DNA of 64,000 nucleotides. Origin: an uncultured Subdoligranulum sp. (GTDB lineage: Bacteria; Bacillota; Clostridia; Oscillospirales; Ruminococcaceae). Both the position numbers and the translations under genes were made by a program. Under the pieces are notes generated by a model. The model ran no database searches, was not told the DNA's origin, and worked only from the letters and a program-made list of their open reading frames with translations. Location of the stretch: positions 548,481-612,480 of the forward strand of contig NZ_OZ007030.1 of NCBI RefSeq assembly GCF_963931595.1, read 5' to 3'. Below are positions 62,897 to 64,000 of the stretch, piece after piece. The stretch's first letter is position 1. Every line of letters begins with the position of its first letter.

Positions 62897-63637
62897 TTAC
62901 TCCTGGCGGAACCGGGAAAGGAATTCCACGGTGCGGGGGTTCTGGGGATGCTCGAAGATATCGGCGGGGGTGCCCTCCTCGGCGATGACGCCGTCGGCCA
63001 TGTAGACCACATGGCTGGACACATCCCGGGCAAAGGCCATCTCGTGGGTGACGACGATCATCGTCAGACCGTCCTTGGCCAGCTGGCGCATGACGGCCAG
63101 CACCTCGCCCACCATCTGGGGGTCCAGGGCGGAAGTGGGCTCGTCGAAGAGCAGCACCTCGGGCTGCATGGAGAGGGCGCGGGCAATGGCTACACGCTGC
63201 TTCTGGCCGCCGGAAAGCTGCCGCGGTTTGGCGTGGATGTAGGGGGCCATGCCCACCTTTTCCAGGTTTTCCAGCGCTGTGCGGCGGGCGGTTTCCTTGT
63301 CCTGGTGGAGCACATACCGCAGGCCGGCGGTGCAGTTGTCCAGCACCGACATGTTGTTGAAGAGGTTGAAGCTCTGGAACACCATGCCCACCTTGGCACG
63401 GTAGGCGCAGGGGTCAAAGCCCTTGGCGGTGATCTCCTGCCCGTGGAAGAGCACATTGCCGCTGGTGGGAGTCTCCAGCAGGTTGATGCAGCGCAGCAGG
63501 GTGGACTTGCCGCTGCCCGAAGCGCCGATCACACAGGTGACATCGCCGGCATTGACGGTGAAATCCACATCCCGCAGCACCACGTGGGTGCCGAAGCTCT
63601 TGGAGAGGTGGCGAACTTGAATGATGGACTCAGACAT
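62897..63637 (-). CDS. Polar amino-acid ABC transporter ATP-binding protein (GlnQ-like)
   Basis: [48 protein letters not shown]. Confidence 0.95.
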   Translation of the reverse strand: MSESIIQVRHLSKSFGTHVVLRDVDFTVNAGDVTCVIGASGSGKSTLLRCINLLETPTSGNVLFHGQEITAKGFDPCAYRAKVGMVFQSFNLFNNMSVLDNCTAGLRYVLHQDKETARRTALENLEKVGMAPYIHAKPRQLSGGQKQRVAIARALSMQPEVLLFDEPTSALDPQMVGEVLAVMRQLAKDGLTMIVVTHEMAFARDVSSHVVYMADGVIAEEGTPADIFEHPQNPRTVEFLSRFRQE

Positions 63638-64000
63638 GGGAAGCCTCTCCTTTCATATCCAGATTCTGCGGCTCGTGGGCCGGGTCGGGGGCATTGTACA
63701 TGCCGCTGGTGTAGGCCAGGGTGTCGGTGGTGTTCAGGTCGTAGTTCTGGGGGCCGTCCAGCGCCTTCTCCCACAGACGGAGCAGATAGCTGGCCAGCAG
63801 CGTCATGGTCAGGTAGATGATCATGACGATGGTGGCGCTCTCAAAGTAGGTGTACAGGGCACCCACCACGCTCTTGTGGACGAAGAACAGGTCGGTGATG
63901 GAGATGACCGACAGCACCGAGGTATCCTTGATGTTGATGATGAAGTTGTTGCCGATCTGGGGAATGATGTTGCGCAGCGCCTGGGGCAGGATCACATGGA
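63630..64000 (-). CDS. Polar amino-acid ABC transporter permease (3' part; runs off the window)
   Basis: [31 protein letters not shown]. Confidence 0.9.
   Translation of the reverse strand, partial: HVILPQALRNIIPQIGNNFIINIKDTSVLSVISITDLFFVHKSVVGALYTYFESATIVMIIYLTMTLLASYLLRLWEKALDGPQNYDLNTTDTLAYTSGMYNAPDPAHEPQNLDMKGEASHV

Noticed and set aside
1-64000. CRISPR array, IS/transposase, integrase, prophage or defence island
   Set aside because: No regularly spaced repeats, recombinase or phage genes, or clear compositional island were seen by eye. The WYL gene has no defence neighbours.

Overview
A 64-kb, high-GC stretch of core chromosome from an anaerobic Firmicute. Gene content and style suggest Oscillospiraceae (Gemmiger/Subdoligranulum/Faecalibacterium-like); this taxonomy is inference. 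About 61 intact CDSs, one tRNA-Lys(UUU) and a probable 6S RNA that the ORF track cannot show. No IS, integrase, prophage or CRISPR array was seen. Recognisable modules: birA-bioY with a BirA operator; eda-kdgK with a divergent IclR regulator; an MBOAT/AlgX-like pair divergent from a GT8-like/esterase/HxxxD-acyltransferase/DUF6320 operon; an aromatic amino-acid operon lacking dehydroquinate dehydratase; NAD-housekeeping genes; phosphoketolase; aspS and hisS; an IscU-like + GGGtGRT operon; a WYL regulator; and a surface-glycosylation locus. The most unusual element is in the rpe-led operon (55272-61534). It carries only the membrane core of an Rnf complex (RnfD-, RnfE-, RnfA-like) with no RnfC/G/B. 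The FMN-attachment motif and the [2Fe-2S] cysteines appear lost, and the RnfE-like subunit has gained a ~230-aa disordered N-terminus, so this may be a repurposed, non-redox 'pseudo-Rnf'. All family assignments come from motif recognition by eye; no database searches were run.
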